The notes under the pieces are model-generated. The model had not been told where the DNA came from, did no database searches, and saw only the letters and a list, made by a program, of their open reading frames with translations. The position numbers and the translations under genes are program-made. A stretch of DNA of 64,000 bases from Thermoanaerobacter sp. (GTDB taxonomy: Bacteria; Bacillota; Thermoanaerobacteria; Thermoanaerobacterales; Thermoanaerobacteraceae): NCBI GenBank assembly GCA_014896455.1, contig JADBKJ010000006.1, positions 114,793 through 178,792 of the forward strand, given 5' to 3'. Within the stretch, counting starts at the first letter, position 1. Every line of letters starts with the position of its first letter. Positions 53,568 to 62,270 of this stretch are shown here, piece after piece.

Positions 53568-53798
53568 TTGAAAAAAGCCATAGTTTTACTACGGATACTT
53601 GCAAAGCTTATGGAATCTTTAGGTATTTCTGAGGTCATGATATCCCTAGAGGGAGCTAGTGCACAAATCCACGATGCTATCAGAGGACAAGGTTTGTTCG
53701 CCAGGACCATGGGAGGCGTAGAGATACTAAGAAAATACTGTTCTAATATATTTCTTGGATGTACTAATTTAGCAAAGGAAAAGGTAGGAGGGTATTGA
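53568..53798 (+). pseudogene. Internal fragment of a radical SAM enzyme
   Basis: GISEVMISLEGASAQIHDAIRGQGLFARTMGGVEIL resembles the ISLDG...HD.IRG.G.F motif; no CxxxCxxC is left. Confidence 0.6.
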
Positions 53799-53799
53799 C

Positions 53800-55017
53800 A
53801 TGACTGAACATTCAACTAATGGAAAAATGCTCTATACCTACTATATTCGCCGTTATATTATTGCTGTATGCCTTGTAGAGTTTTTTGCTTTTAAAATTCT
53901 TGATCCTTACTATATTCAATTTATGACTACAGAAAAGGGACTCGGGTTAACACCTACCCAATTTGGATTTTTTGTATCACTTGCCTCAGCAGTGACCTCT
54001 GCTATCGATTACCTGTCTGGAGCTTTTGCAGACCGGCTGGGCCGTAGGCTCTCTTGGGGATTGGCAATGTTTTGCTATGGTGCAGGAATGTTATGGCTCA
54101 GCTCGATTTCTGCCTTTGGTCCTGCACTTGTTACTGCTGTATTAATGGGAATTTCTTATGCTTTTACGAGCGGTGCACGGGAAGCATGGCTCTATGATAG
54201 TGTTGGACAAGAAGGGACAAGGGAAGCTTTTGGTAAACTTTACCTTTACTCTATTCCATTTACTGCGATAGGAATGGTGGTTGCATATATTCTTGGAAGT
54301 CTTGGCAGCCTGCGTATTCCAATTGCTTTGACTGGCGTTATCATTATAGCCAATGGTTTTTTTATCATGACCTTTCCTGAGAACTATGGAAATTACCGTC
54401 GCCGAGGATGGTTGGAGATACTCAAAACGGGATTTTATCAGTTTTTAGAAAGTCGTGTTCTATGGATTACAGCAGTTCAGAGTTTTTTCTTTACACTTCC
54501 CATTTGGATCACAACTGCCTGGTGGATTACTTACATGGTGGAACAGTTTGGAGTTGACCTGAAAGGGACGGCATTTGCTTTTGGTGTTACTTCATTGGCT
54601 GCAGCAGTGACAGGTTTTTATATTTGCAAGATAAAAATCACCGATTACAGGAAACTAATTCTTTGGCCAACACTATTATCAGCGCTTGCCTTTTTATTAA
54701 TGCCGTTAGTTCCTGTGCCTTGGGCTTTTGTGGCCTTAGTTATTGTTGCGATTGCTTCCAGTTATTTGAGGGGGAGTGGTATTACCCTTTTAGAGAATGA
54801 ACAGATTAGTGTTGAACGGGCAACAGCATTATCCTTTTTGAATACTCTTCGTAGTGCTTTCTGGGCAGTAACTCCTCTCTTATGGGGGACTCTTATCTCA
54901 GTTTTGGGGCTTAAGGTCATGTTCTTTTTTGCAGGAGTAGCTTCGCTGATTTCTTTGTTTTTGTTAAAACTTGCGTTAGTGCTAAGACAAACGGTAAAAT
55001 GTCAAGGGGGTAATTAA
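53800..55017 (+). CDS. MFS transporter (12-TM, exporter-like); native C-terminus replaced
   Basis: DYLSGAFADRLGRR motif A, AFTSGAREAWLYD; the last residues (TVKCQGGN) are encoded by the 45-bp repeat. Confidence 0.88.
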   Translation: MTEHSTNGKMLYTYYIRRYIIAVCLVEFFAFKILDPYYIQFMTTEKGLGLTPTQFGFFVSLASAVTSAIDYLSGAFADRLGRRLSWGLAMFCYGAGMLWLSSISAFGPALVTAVLMGISYAFTSGAREAWLYDSVGQEGTREAFGKLYLYSIPFTAIGMVVAYILGSLGSLRIPIALTGVIIIANGFFIMTFPENYGNYRRRGWLEILKTGFYQFLESRVLWITAVQSFFFTLPIWITTAWWITYMVEQFGVDLKGTAFAFGVTSLAAAVTGFYICKIKITDYRKLILWPTLLSALAFLLMPLVPVPWAFVALVIVAIASSYLRGSGITLLENEQISVERATALSFLNTLRSAFWAVTPLLWGTLISVLGLKVMFFFAGVASLISLFLLKLALVLRQTVKCQGGN

Positions 55018-55036
55018 AAATTTTTTGAGACATTTA
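54992..55036 (+). repeat. 45-bp IS-end-like repeat, copy 1 (copy 2 at 58983-59027)
   Basis: CGGTAAAATGTCAAGGGGGTAATTAAAAATTTTTTGAGACATTTA; 43/45 identical. Confidence 0.8.
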
Positions 55037-55210
55037 AAGGGCAAAAAGGCAAAAAATACCCTTCTCCCAATATACTAATAAATGGTATTGAAAGTTCCAG
55101 AACAAGATTGTTTATTAATCTTTAACAAAAAAGTATTTAAATACTAACAACACCTTTTTATTGATATATTTGACCTTTGCTGAGCATTGCAAAGATCAGA
55201 GGGATTAGAC

Positions 55211-55261
55211 ATACTTGGCAAGAGCAGCTTCATTATTAAACCTTTTGATATCTCCAATTTC
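55211..55261 (-). mobile_element. IS110-family transposase scrap
   Basis: EIGDIKRFNNEAALAKY matches the IS110 EIGDI.RF.....L..YAG motif. Confidence 0.65.
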
Positions 55262-56138
55262 CCATATAAACACGGTGGCTTTTTATATTCTTCATAATTT
55301 CATCAGATAAACCCTCCATGTTATAGTCATGTTCTTCTATTATTTCTTTAATAAATAAATCTATTTTTATTGCATTTACTTACTTGCCATTTTACATAAT
55401 TATATCCTAAAAAATTGTAGTATAGCTTGTATTGGGTCATCATATGCTTGAATACAAATTGATTTTGCCGTAAAAATATCGTAATTAAATATTTTAGATA
55501 TTTCGTGTATTACTTTATTAATTTCAGTTTCAAATGCCGTGAATTTTCAATGCTGCGACTTGGTAACCCATTTTCTAAATGAATTATAAAAGCATGTTCC
55601 AATCTTAATTCAGGTCTAATTTGTACATATTTTTCTTCTGCAAATTTAGCCCATCCTTCTTTCGATTTTTTTCACGGACCAAGCTGCGGACAATATGATA
55701 ACGCATGCGAGTGATCATATTAGTATTTTTGAAGAAGGATGGGCTAAATTTGCAGAAGAAAAATATGTACAAATTAGACCTGAATTAAGATTGGAACATG
55801 CTTTTTATAATTCATTTAGAAAAATGGTTGTACTTGCTTTCGCAGCATTGAAAATTCACGCATTTGAAACTGAAATTAATAAAGTAATACACGAAATATC
55901 TAAAATATTTAATTACGATATTTTTACGGCAAAATCAATTTGTATTCAAGCATATGATGACCCAATACAAGCTATATCATACTTTTTAGGATATAATTAT
56001 GTAAAATGGCAAGTAAGTAAATGCAATAAAAAATAGATTTATTTATTAAAGAAATAATAGAAGAACATGACTATAACATGGAGGGTTTATCTTATGATGA
56101 AATTAGAAGAATATAAAAAAGCTACCGTGTTATATGGG
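55261..56138. repeat. Fold-back duplication: ~400-bp arms (55261-55661, 55732-56138), 70-bp spacer
   Basis: Left arm is the reverse complement of the right arm with scattered indels and substitutions (about 90% by eye). Confidence 0.92.
55695..56036 (+). pseudogene. C-terminal fragment of a DUF885-like (zincin) protein
   Basis: FEEGWAKFAE ... DPIQAISYFLGY resemble the DUF885 EGWA.YAE and P.QA.SY..G motifs. Confidence 0.5.
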
Positions 56139-57305
56139 GTTCTCGGTTCATTGTATAACATGGCTGACAAGCTTTATGGAACAGTTTTTATACTGTTGAT
56201 GTACGAGAGAAATATAGGCTCGAATATGATTAGTGTTGTTTTTGCGATTTCTTCTCTGACTTTAGCAGCATTTGATTACCCTACTGGAAATATTTCTGAC
56301 AAGTATGGGAGGAAAAAGACCGCAGGTATTGGATTCTTATTTTGGGGAATTGGAATGATTGCATATGGGTACTCTACTGAAACTTGGGGTTTTATCTTTT
56401 CATCAATTGTAATGTCATTTGGAATTGCATTGATTTCAGGTGCCCTACAATCTTGGTACGTGGACTATCTTCATAAATTAAATAAGCTGGATTATAAGGA
56501 TAAAATTATCCCTAAGTTAGCAGGGATAACAAGCTTTTTTGCAGCGGTGACGTTGGCAATGGGAACTGTATTGATTAAAAAAAGTTTAAATCTTCCAGTA
56601 GTTATTAGCGGTATAATTGCTTGCATTGCAGGTGTTATAGCTTTATTGTTTTTAGAAGACAATTATGGAGAAATTACTAATGATAATATTTTTGTGGATA
56701 TTGTTAATAATACTAAGAAATTGTTAAAAGATAAAAATATGATGAAAATACTGATAAGAAATTTATTCGCGCATACAGCATTTATTTGTTTCATTTTGTC
56801 ATGGCAAATTTATGGAGCAAATAACGTTGGATTAGATCCCAGCTTAAATGGAATTCTTTTGATAATTTTCATGTTATTATTTACCTTTTCAGGTTTTATT
56901 ACATCAAAACTTGTAGATTATTTTAAAGCCGTTTATATTTCAATTGTTGGAATGTTAATCGCTGTATTAGGATTAATCATTGTTTTCCTCATGCCCAACG
57001 TATACTTCTTTATATTGGGATTATGTGCTTTTGAGTTTGGACTAGGTATAGACCAATCTGCAAGTAGCGCGTGGATACATGATTATATACCTAATGATAA
57101 AAGAGCGACATTTTACTCTGGTTTATCGGCTGTAAGATCTTTTTATGGTTTTTTTGTATCGATAGCAATTGGCTATTTTATTGAATATTTTGGCTATACA
57201 TATGTTTGGCTGTTAGCAGCAATTGCAGAAATTTGTGCAGCAATTTACTTGTATGTTAATATTAACAATCTGATACCAGCTATTCAACCGATATATAGGA
57301 AATAA
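56094..57305 (+). CDS. MFS transporter (exporter-like)
   Basis: DYPTGNISDKYGRKK, ALISGALQSWYVD, IPNDKRATFYSG; GGAGGG RBS before ATG 56094. Confidence 0.9.
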   Translation: MMKLEEYKKATVLYGVLGSLYNMADKLYGTVFILLMYERNIGSNMISVVFAISSLTLAAFDYPTGNISDKYGRKKTAGIGFLFWGIGMIAYGYSTETWGFIFSSIVMSFGIALISGALQSWYVDYLHKLNKLDYKDKIIPKLAGITSFFAAVTLAMGTVLIKKSLNLPVVISGIIACIAGVIALLFLEDNYGEITNDNIFVDIVNNTKKLLKDKNMMKILIRNLFAHTAFICFILSWQIYGANNVGLDPSLNGILLIIFMLLFTFSGFITSKLVDYFKAVYISIVGMLIAVLGLIIVFLMPNVYFFILGLCAFEFGLGIDQSASSAWIHDYIPNDKRATFYSGLSAVRSFYGFFVSIAIGYFIEYFGYTYVWLLAAIAEICAAIYLYVNINNLIPAIQPIYRK

Positions 57306-57344
57306 CTAAGACTATGCAAATTTTAAGTAATCAAAACTAATAAT

Positions 57345-57409
57345 CAAACAGAGGGGACGGTTCCTTCTGTCTGATTTTTTCAGATAAAAGGAACCGTCCC
57401 CCTTGTTTG
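57345..57409. repeat. 65-bp REP-like palindrome, copy 2
   Basis: 64/65 identical to 52969-53033, same orientation. Confidence 0.92.
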
Positions 57410-57685
57410 TGGACTTTTCCGGCAGTGTCTGCTAAGAGCATAGGGCATCCTGCCCCTTTTCGTGAAGAGTTGCCTTACAGATTAATACAGTTATATACAT
57501 TTAAGTCAGAGGTTGTATTGGACCCATTTTGCGGAAGTGGAACCACCTGTTTGGCTGCGTTGAAAAGCGGAAGGTATTATATCGGTTATGAGATAGAACC
57601 TAAATATGTTGAATTAGCAGAAAAAAGAATTAAGTCTTATTCAGAACAAATACATTTATTTGATGATTACCGCGCCTTAAAATGA
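57410..57685 (+). pseudogene. C-terminal fragment of an N4/N6 DNA methyltransferase (beta class)
   Basis: WTFPAVSAKSIGHPAPF..LPYRLIQLYT..VVLDPFCGSGTT..YIGYEI; catalytic N-terminal part missing, begins at the palindrome. Confidence 0.85.
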
Positions 57686-57692
57686 GGCGCTT

Positions 57693-58626
57693 CAGACTGT
57701 AGACAAAATATCGGGAACCCGTTATGATGAAAAGGGTTCCTTGTTTTTTTAGTATTATAGAAACATAAAAGGGAAACAAGATGTTATCAAAAACAGGATA
57801 CTTGAACATCAAATGAAATTTGCCAGCATAGATCAGTTAGTTCCAAAAGATCACCTTTTAAGGAAGATAGAAAGAGTCATAGACACCAGTTTCATATATG
57901 ATTTAGTAAAAGACAAATATTCCGAGATCACGGCAGACCAAAGTTGAAAAGGGTAGAAAACCGAAAGCAATAGCAGTAGATGCAGGCTATAAAAATCCCG
58001 TACATATTAAAGACAATATTTGATAGACAAATAATACCAGCAGTGCCATACACAAGGCCAAACAAAAGATGGTTTCATGAAAAAACATGAATTTGTTTAT
58101 GATGAATACTATGGCTATTTACATATACCCTGGGAGTAAATATTAACATATGTTCAGCCAACAGAGAAGGATATAGAGGGAATGCAAATCAAACCCAGAA
58201 ATGTAAAAACTGTCCTCTAAGAGGAAGAAGTGTGCCAAAGTAAAGACACACAAAGAGGATATTCAGGCACATATGGGAAGGATATGTAGAAGAAACAGAA
58301 CACCTAAGGCATACACCTTACTGTAAAAAAGTATATGAAAGAAGGAAAAGAGACAATAGAGAGAGTATTTGCAGATTTAAAAAGGAGAAGCATGGTTTGC
58401 GATGGACGACGTTAAGAGGGAAAGGAAAAATTGTCCAGCTACAAACGTGCTTGTTTTGCTGCCATGAATTTAAAGAAAATGGCCTTATAGTTATGGAAGG
58501 GCAAAGGGCCTTTGACATTTCAAACTTTATCCATTATTTGGAGTTTTAAAGAAAATTTTATCAGATATGCGCCCCTGCTTTCGGTACAGAAAACAGGGGC
58601 TTAGAATTTGCTTTGTCAACAAACTG
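57693..58626 (+). mobile_element. Degenerate IS1182-family element with internal deletion and frameshifts
   Basis: TIRs CAGACTGTAGACAAA / TTTGTCAACAAACTG; SIDQLVPKDHLLRKIERVIDTSFIYDLVKDKYSE; AVDAGYK; HLRHTPYCKKVYER, TIERVFAD; AAMNLKKMA. Confidence 0.9.
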
Positions 58627-58652
58627 AAATAAGCCGCTTTTATAGGGCTTAT

Positions 58653-58917
58653 CAGACTGTAGACAAACTTTCGCAAAGGAGATATTTTGCAATCGGTGCG
58701 ACTTGTTACAAAGCGGTAACAAAACTTAGCGAGACTGAGGGTGGAGGCAGGGCCGAAGCCATGGATGGCGAAGGCGGGCACCTGAGGCAAGGAGGCCGAT
58801 TGTGCCCGGTACCCTGCCGGAGCCCGAAGGTCGAGCTTTAGTTTTGTCGCTTTGGAACATCGGAGCGACGATGCAAAATATCTCCTTTGAATATTTTTTA
58901 ACTTTGTCAACAAACTG
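58653..58917 (+). mobile_element. MITE copy B (265 bp, complete) with IS1182-type TIRs
   Basis: Same TIRs as the adjacent IS; internal IR CAAAGGAGATATTTTGCA/TGCAAAATATCTCCTTTG; GC-rich structured core; no transposase. Confidence 0.92.
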
Positions 58918-59023
58918 CGAGAGTATTTCGTATACTCTCTTTTATTATTGTATATTTTGTGATAGAATTAACTTAAACATACCGGTAAAATGTTAAGGGG
59001 ATAATTAAAAATTTTTTGAGACA

Positions 59024-59257
59024 TTTAGCGGAATAAAAAACTTTATCTGGAATATTGTCAATGCCCTTATGGACGTTGCAGTAGTTGTCGCAGTAGGCTT
59101 TATTGTATAGAAGGGATACAAGATAATAGCAAATTTCACCAACACGGCAGGACGTTCCGAATCAATGACAGGGTTATTGTGGGCTATCCTTGGAGCTATT
59201 GTTGTGCTTGGCGCAAAAAGATTTGTCGGAGTTGCGCTTGGATTCGAGCCGCAGTAA
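59024..59257 (+). pseudogene. VirB2/TrbC-like conjugative pilin remnant
   Basis: FSGIKNFIWNIVNALMDVAVVVAVGFIV*KGYKII...GRSESMTGLLWAILGAIVVLGAKRFVG: two hydrophobic helices with a basic loop; TAG at 59108; 5' part lost at the 45-bp repeat. Confidence 0.55.
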
Positions 59258-59344
59258 TAAAGAGTTTACTTTGTTGGGACTATCTTTAGTGATAGTCCTA
59301 ATTTTTTTATTTTAAAAGCAGAATTTATTTTTGCAAATATAGAA

Positions 59345-59389
59345 TTTTGCCATCAAATAGTGGCAAAAATAAATCTGATATGATATAAT
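59345..59389 (+). promoter_or_regulatory. TA operon promoter with a palindromic operator
   Basis: TTTTGCCA-N8-TGGCAAAA; right arm overlaps the -35 (TGGCAA 59361-66); 17 bp; TGnTATAAT (59384-89). Confidence 0.7.
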
Positions 59390-59438
59390 AGATTCAGAAA
59401 AAATAAATCTGCTGCTCTAAAGAAAGAAGGCGATCAAG

Positions 59439-59798
59439 ATTGAGGAATTAAAAAAACAACTTATTAAAAGTTATTTGCTAGCAATAAAAAAGCTTGTAGC
59501 AGACAATAAATGGACTTTTATTCCAAGGAGAAAAAATATAGAATTTTTAAGAAAATGGGGATTGCTTGTAGATGATGTTAAAGACATAATTTTAACTTTG
59601 GAACCTTCGGATTATATAAAAGGACCAGAAAAGGATCATGATAAAGACAAAGAAGGTGACGTATGGATTTTTAAAAATCAGAAGTATTTAGATGCTTGCA
59701 TATACATAAAATTAAGATATAATTCACCGAATGAAGTGGTGTGTATTTCTATCCATGAAGATGAACCTCTAGAAGGGTGTGATGAAAATGGTGAATAA
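59439..59798 (+). CDS. MqsR-like type II toxin; start uncertain (ATT 59439 or TTG 59475)
   Basis: IPRRKNIEFL..GL....VKDIILTLEPSDY.KGP..D.D...GDVWIF..IYIKL....VVCISIH; overlaps the antitoxin start. Confidence 0.78.
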   Translation: MEELKKQLIKSYLLAIKKLVADNKWTFIPRRKNIEFLRKWGLLVDDVKDIILTLEPSDYIKGPEKDHDKDKEGDVWIFKNQKYLDACIYIKLRYNSPNEVVCISIHEDEPLEGCDENGE

Positions 59799-60798
59799 AA
59801 TATATTGCCCAGTATGCAAACAAGAAGTTGGATTTAAAATAAAGAAAAGTTTAATAAAAGAATATAAAGGTGTGCAAGTTAATGTTGAGGAAAATATTCC
59901 TTACTGCAGCAAATGTGGTACTGAACTGTTTGTTCCAGAAATAGAAAATGACAATTTAAAAAGACTTTACAGACGTTATGGAGAACTCACGGGTTTAATT
60001 ACCCCAGAAGATATTGCAAAAATAAGAAAGAAATATAATCTTTCTCAAAGAGAATTGGGCCAGATTCTCGGTTGGGGCAAAATGACAATTAACAGATATG
60101 AAAGAGGAGCGTTGCCTTCAGTTTCACATAGCGACATTCTAAAGTTGATTTCAAAATCGAAAGATTTTTTAATCGAAAAAGCTGAAGAAGCACTAAGAGA
60201 GGGAAGAATATCTGAGAAAACATATCAAAAAATACAAAAAACAGATAAACCTCATATTACAGATTTAAGAAGAAAAGTTATTGAAACGGAATTGAATCAA
60301 ACGGAGAGTGTTTTTAATGGCTTTAAAAGATTTGATTTTGAAAAATTGGAAAATTTGATAAGTTATATTGCAGATAAGGTCGATAATCTATATTTAAGCA
60401 GTTTAAATAAATATCTTTGGTATATTGATTTTTTACACTTTAAACGTCACTTATATTCAGTTACAGGGTTAAGCTATATCAAATACGCTTTTGGCCCAGT
60501 TATTAAAGGTTTTGTATTTAATGAAATAGCTGCTTATCCTAGTAATAAGTATTATGTTGAAGAGTATGAGATGGAGGATGGAGCAATTCAGACAAAATTT
60601 AAAAGCAAAAAGAACTACCATCTTACAATATTTACCACAGACGAATTACAAACTATAGATACTGTAATAAATGCACTAAAAGACAAAACATGCAAAGCAA
60701 TTTCTGAGTTATCTCATAATGAAACTGGTTGGCAGCAAACTCCATATTCTGAATTAATTTCATACGAATACGCAGAACAATTAAAACTCTTTAATTAA
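59782..60798 (+). CDS. Antitoxin: MqsA-like Zn finger + HTH fused to a Panacea/SocA (DUF4065) domain
   Basis: CPVC...CSKCG; IRKKYNLSQRELGQILGWGKMTINRYERG; LNKYLWYIDF.HF....SVTGLSY...FGPV; LSHNETGW. Confidence 0.85.
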   Translation: MKMVNKIYCPVCKQEVGFKIKKSLIKEYKGVQVNVEENIPYCSKCGTELFVPEIENDNLKRLYRRYGELTGLITPEDIAKIRKKYNLSQRELGQILGWGKMTINRYERGALPSVSHSDILKLISKSKDFLIEKAEEALREGRISEKTYQKIQKTDKPHITDLRRKVIETELNQTESVFNGFKRFDFEKLENLISYIADKVDNLYLSSLNKYLWYIDFLHFKRHLYSVTGLSYIKYAFGPVIKGFVFNEIAAYPSNKYYVEEYEMEDGAIQTKFKSKKNYHLTIFTTDELQTIDTVINALKDKTCKAISELSHNETGWQQTPYSELISYEYAEQLKLFN

Positions 60799-60821
60799 AA
60801 ATTGAAAATAAGGTACTTTTG

Positions 60822-60853
60822 AGAAACTGTTTTTGCAACAGTTTCTTTTTTTT
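60822..60853 (+). terminator. Terminator after the TA operon
   Basis: AGAAACTGTT-tttgc-AACAGTTTCT plus T run. Confidence 0.8.
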
Positions 60854-60879
60854 GTAACAAATTAGGGAGGTGTTTTTTT

Positions 60880-61652
60880 ATGAAACAAAAAAAGAGCAAA
60901 TATGAAAACATAAATTTAGAAGGACAAGAAAAGAAGACTTCTTTAATTTTAAACAACAGAGAAAAAGATTTTTTGGATGAAATAGAAGACGGGATTAAAC
61001 CATTAGTTAAAGCTTGTATAGATAAGTATATTGACACTTATTCCTCATGTGAAGGACATATTTATGACACAAGGGAAGAACATTCACCCCAGATAACAAT
61101 TGTAATTGAAAAAAAGACATAGAGCAGTGGAGTGCATATGTTGATGCTCTCAAAACCAAACACAATATTTATTTGAATCCGCAAGTTTTTAATGCAATTG
61201 ATTTTTCAATAATGAACAAATTTTACCTGGAACCTATTTATTACAAAATTTACTTTTCAAACAAAGATAAAGAAAAATCCATCCCATTGTTAACTGAATC
61301 AATTTTAAATAATGAATTTCCTCAATATCAGAATCCTGTTTTACAGTATCTTCAGAAAGAAAATATTAAAGTAGAATATATAGATAATGCAGAACTTATA
61401 GGCAGTATTGTAATTAATACTTCAGAACCTCATAAGTGGAAATATTTTACAAGATGTGTTAATGAACAGGGGGAAATAATAAAAATTGAAGATGTAGCTC
61501 AAGGGGTTAAAATAACCTTTTTATCTCAAAATTATTTTGCTTATAAAAAGTTCTACAACGCTCTTTTAAGAAAATTTTATCTGGTAAACCCAAAGGTTAA
61601 ACACTTTTCTGTTCTTTGTTCTTTGCAAGTATTGCTGCGTATTTACTGGTAA
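60880..61652 (+). pseudogene. Hypothetical protein with DTYSSCEGH motif, split by a frameshift in an A7 run (61109-61115)
   Basis: Adding one A joins the 80-aa and 159-aa ORFs through EKK-DIEQWSAYVDALKTKHNIYL-NPQV. Confidence 0.65.
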
Positions 61653-62018
61653 CAGTCTGGCTGGGCTGGGTTCTTTTAAACATACTGCACATGAAGGGAT
61701 TGATTTATTTTAAGCTGTTGGTTTGAGAGCAGGTGGCGGCTTATGCTGAAAAAATACAAAAGAGATGATGTGCCAGGCATTGGATATGCTACAGTGCTCA
61801 AAAAGAAGTTAGTTCGGCAGTATGGAACATGTAAAAACAGAAAACCAGGGGAAAAATAACAACTGTTAGAACGTAACGACTGTTATTTTCCCGGTTTTTA
61901 TTTGCTAGGACTACTGTAATCCTAACAATTTTAAATTTTAAAGTGAGTATTATAGTTGCTTTTTCACGGAAAAGTAGTATACTAATAAGTAGATAAATAA
62001 ATCTACGAGGTGGTTAAT

Positions 62019-62270
62019 ATGATAAACAAAACTACAACTATAAGGGTAGATATTGAAACATATAATGGCATAAAAAGACTTTCGGAACAACTTAACCAGT
62101 CAATGAATAAGACAATTCAAGAAGCTATTTTCGAGTACAAAAAGAAAATTTTACTTTCAAAAACCGCTGAAGCTTTTGCTGCTCTTAAAGAAAACAGCAA
62201 ATTGTGGCAGGAAGAGATCGAAGAAAGGCAAATATGGGAAAATACACTGTGGGATGGAGTTAAAGAATGA
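62019..62270 (+). CDS. Ribbon-helix-helix-like antitoxin (MazE partner)
   Basis: TTTIRVDIETYNGIKRLSEQLNQSMNKTIQEAI; acidic tail WQEEIEERQIWE; ATGA overlap with the toxin. Confidence 0.8.
   Translation: MINKTTTIRVDIETYNGIKRLSEQLNQSMNKTIQEAIFEYKKKILLSKTAEAFAALKENSKLWQEEIEERQIWENTLWDGVKE

Noticed and set aside
59108-59110. In-frame TAG in the pilin as pyrrolysine or readthrough
   Set aside because: The gene also lacks its 5' end; a simple TGG-to-TAG nonsense change in a pseudogene is more parsimonious.
61600-61910. Possible further gene scraps and a long hairpin at ~61840-61900
   Set aside because: No assignable motif; the hairpin is compatible with an ordinary terminator.
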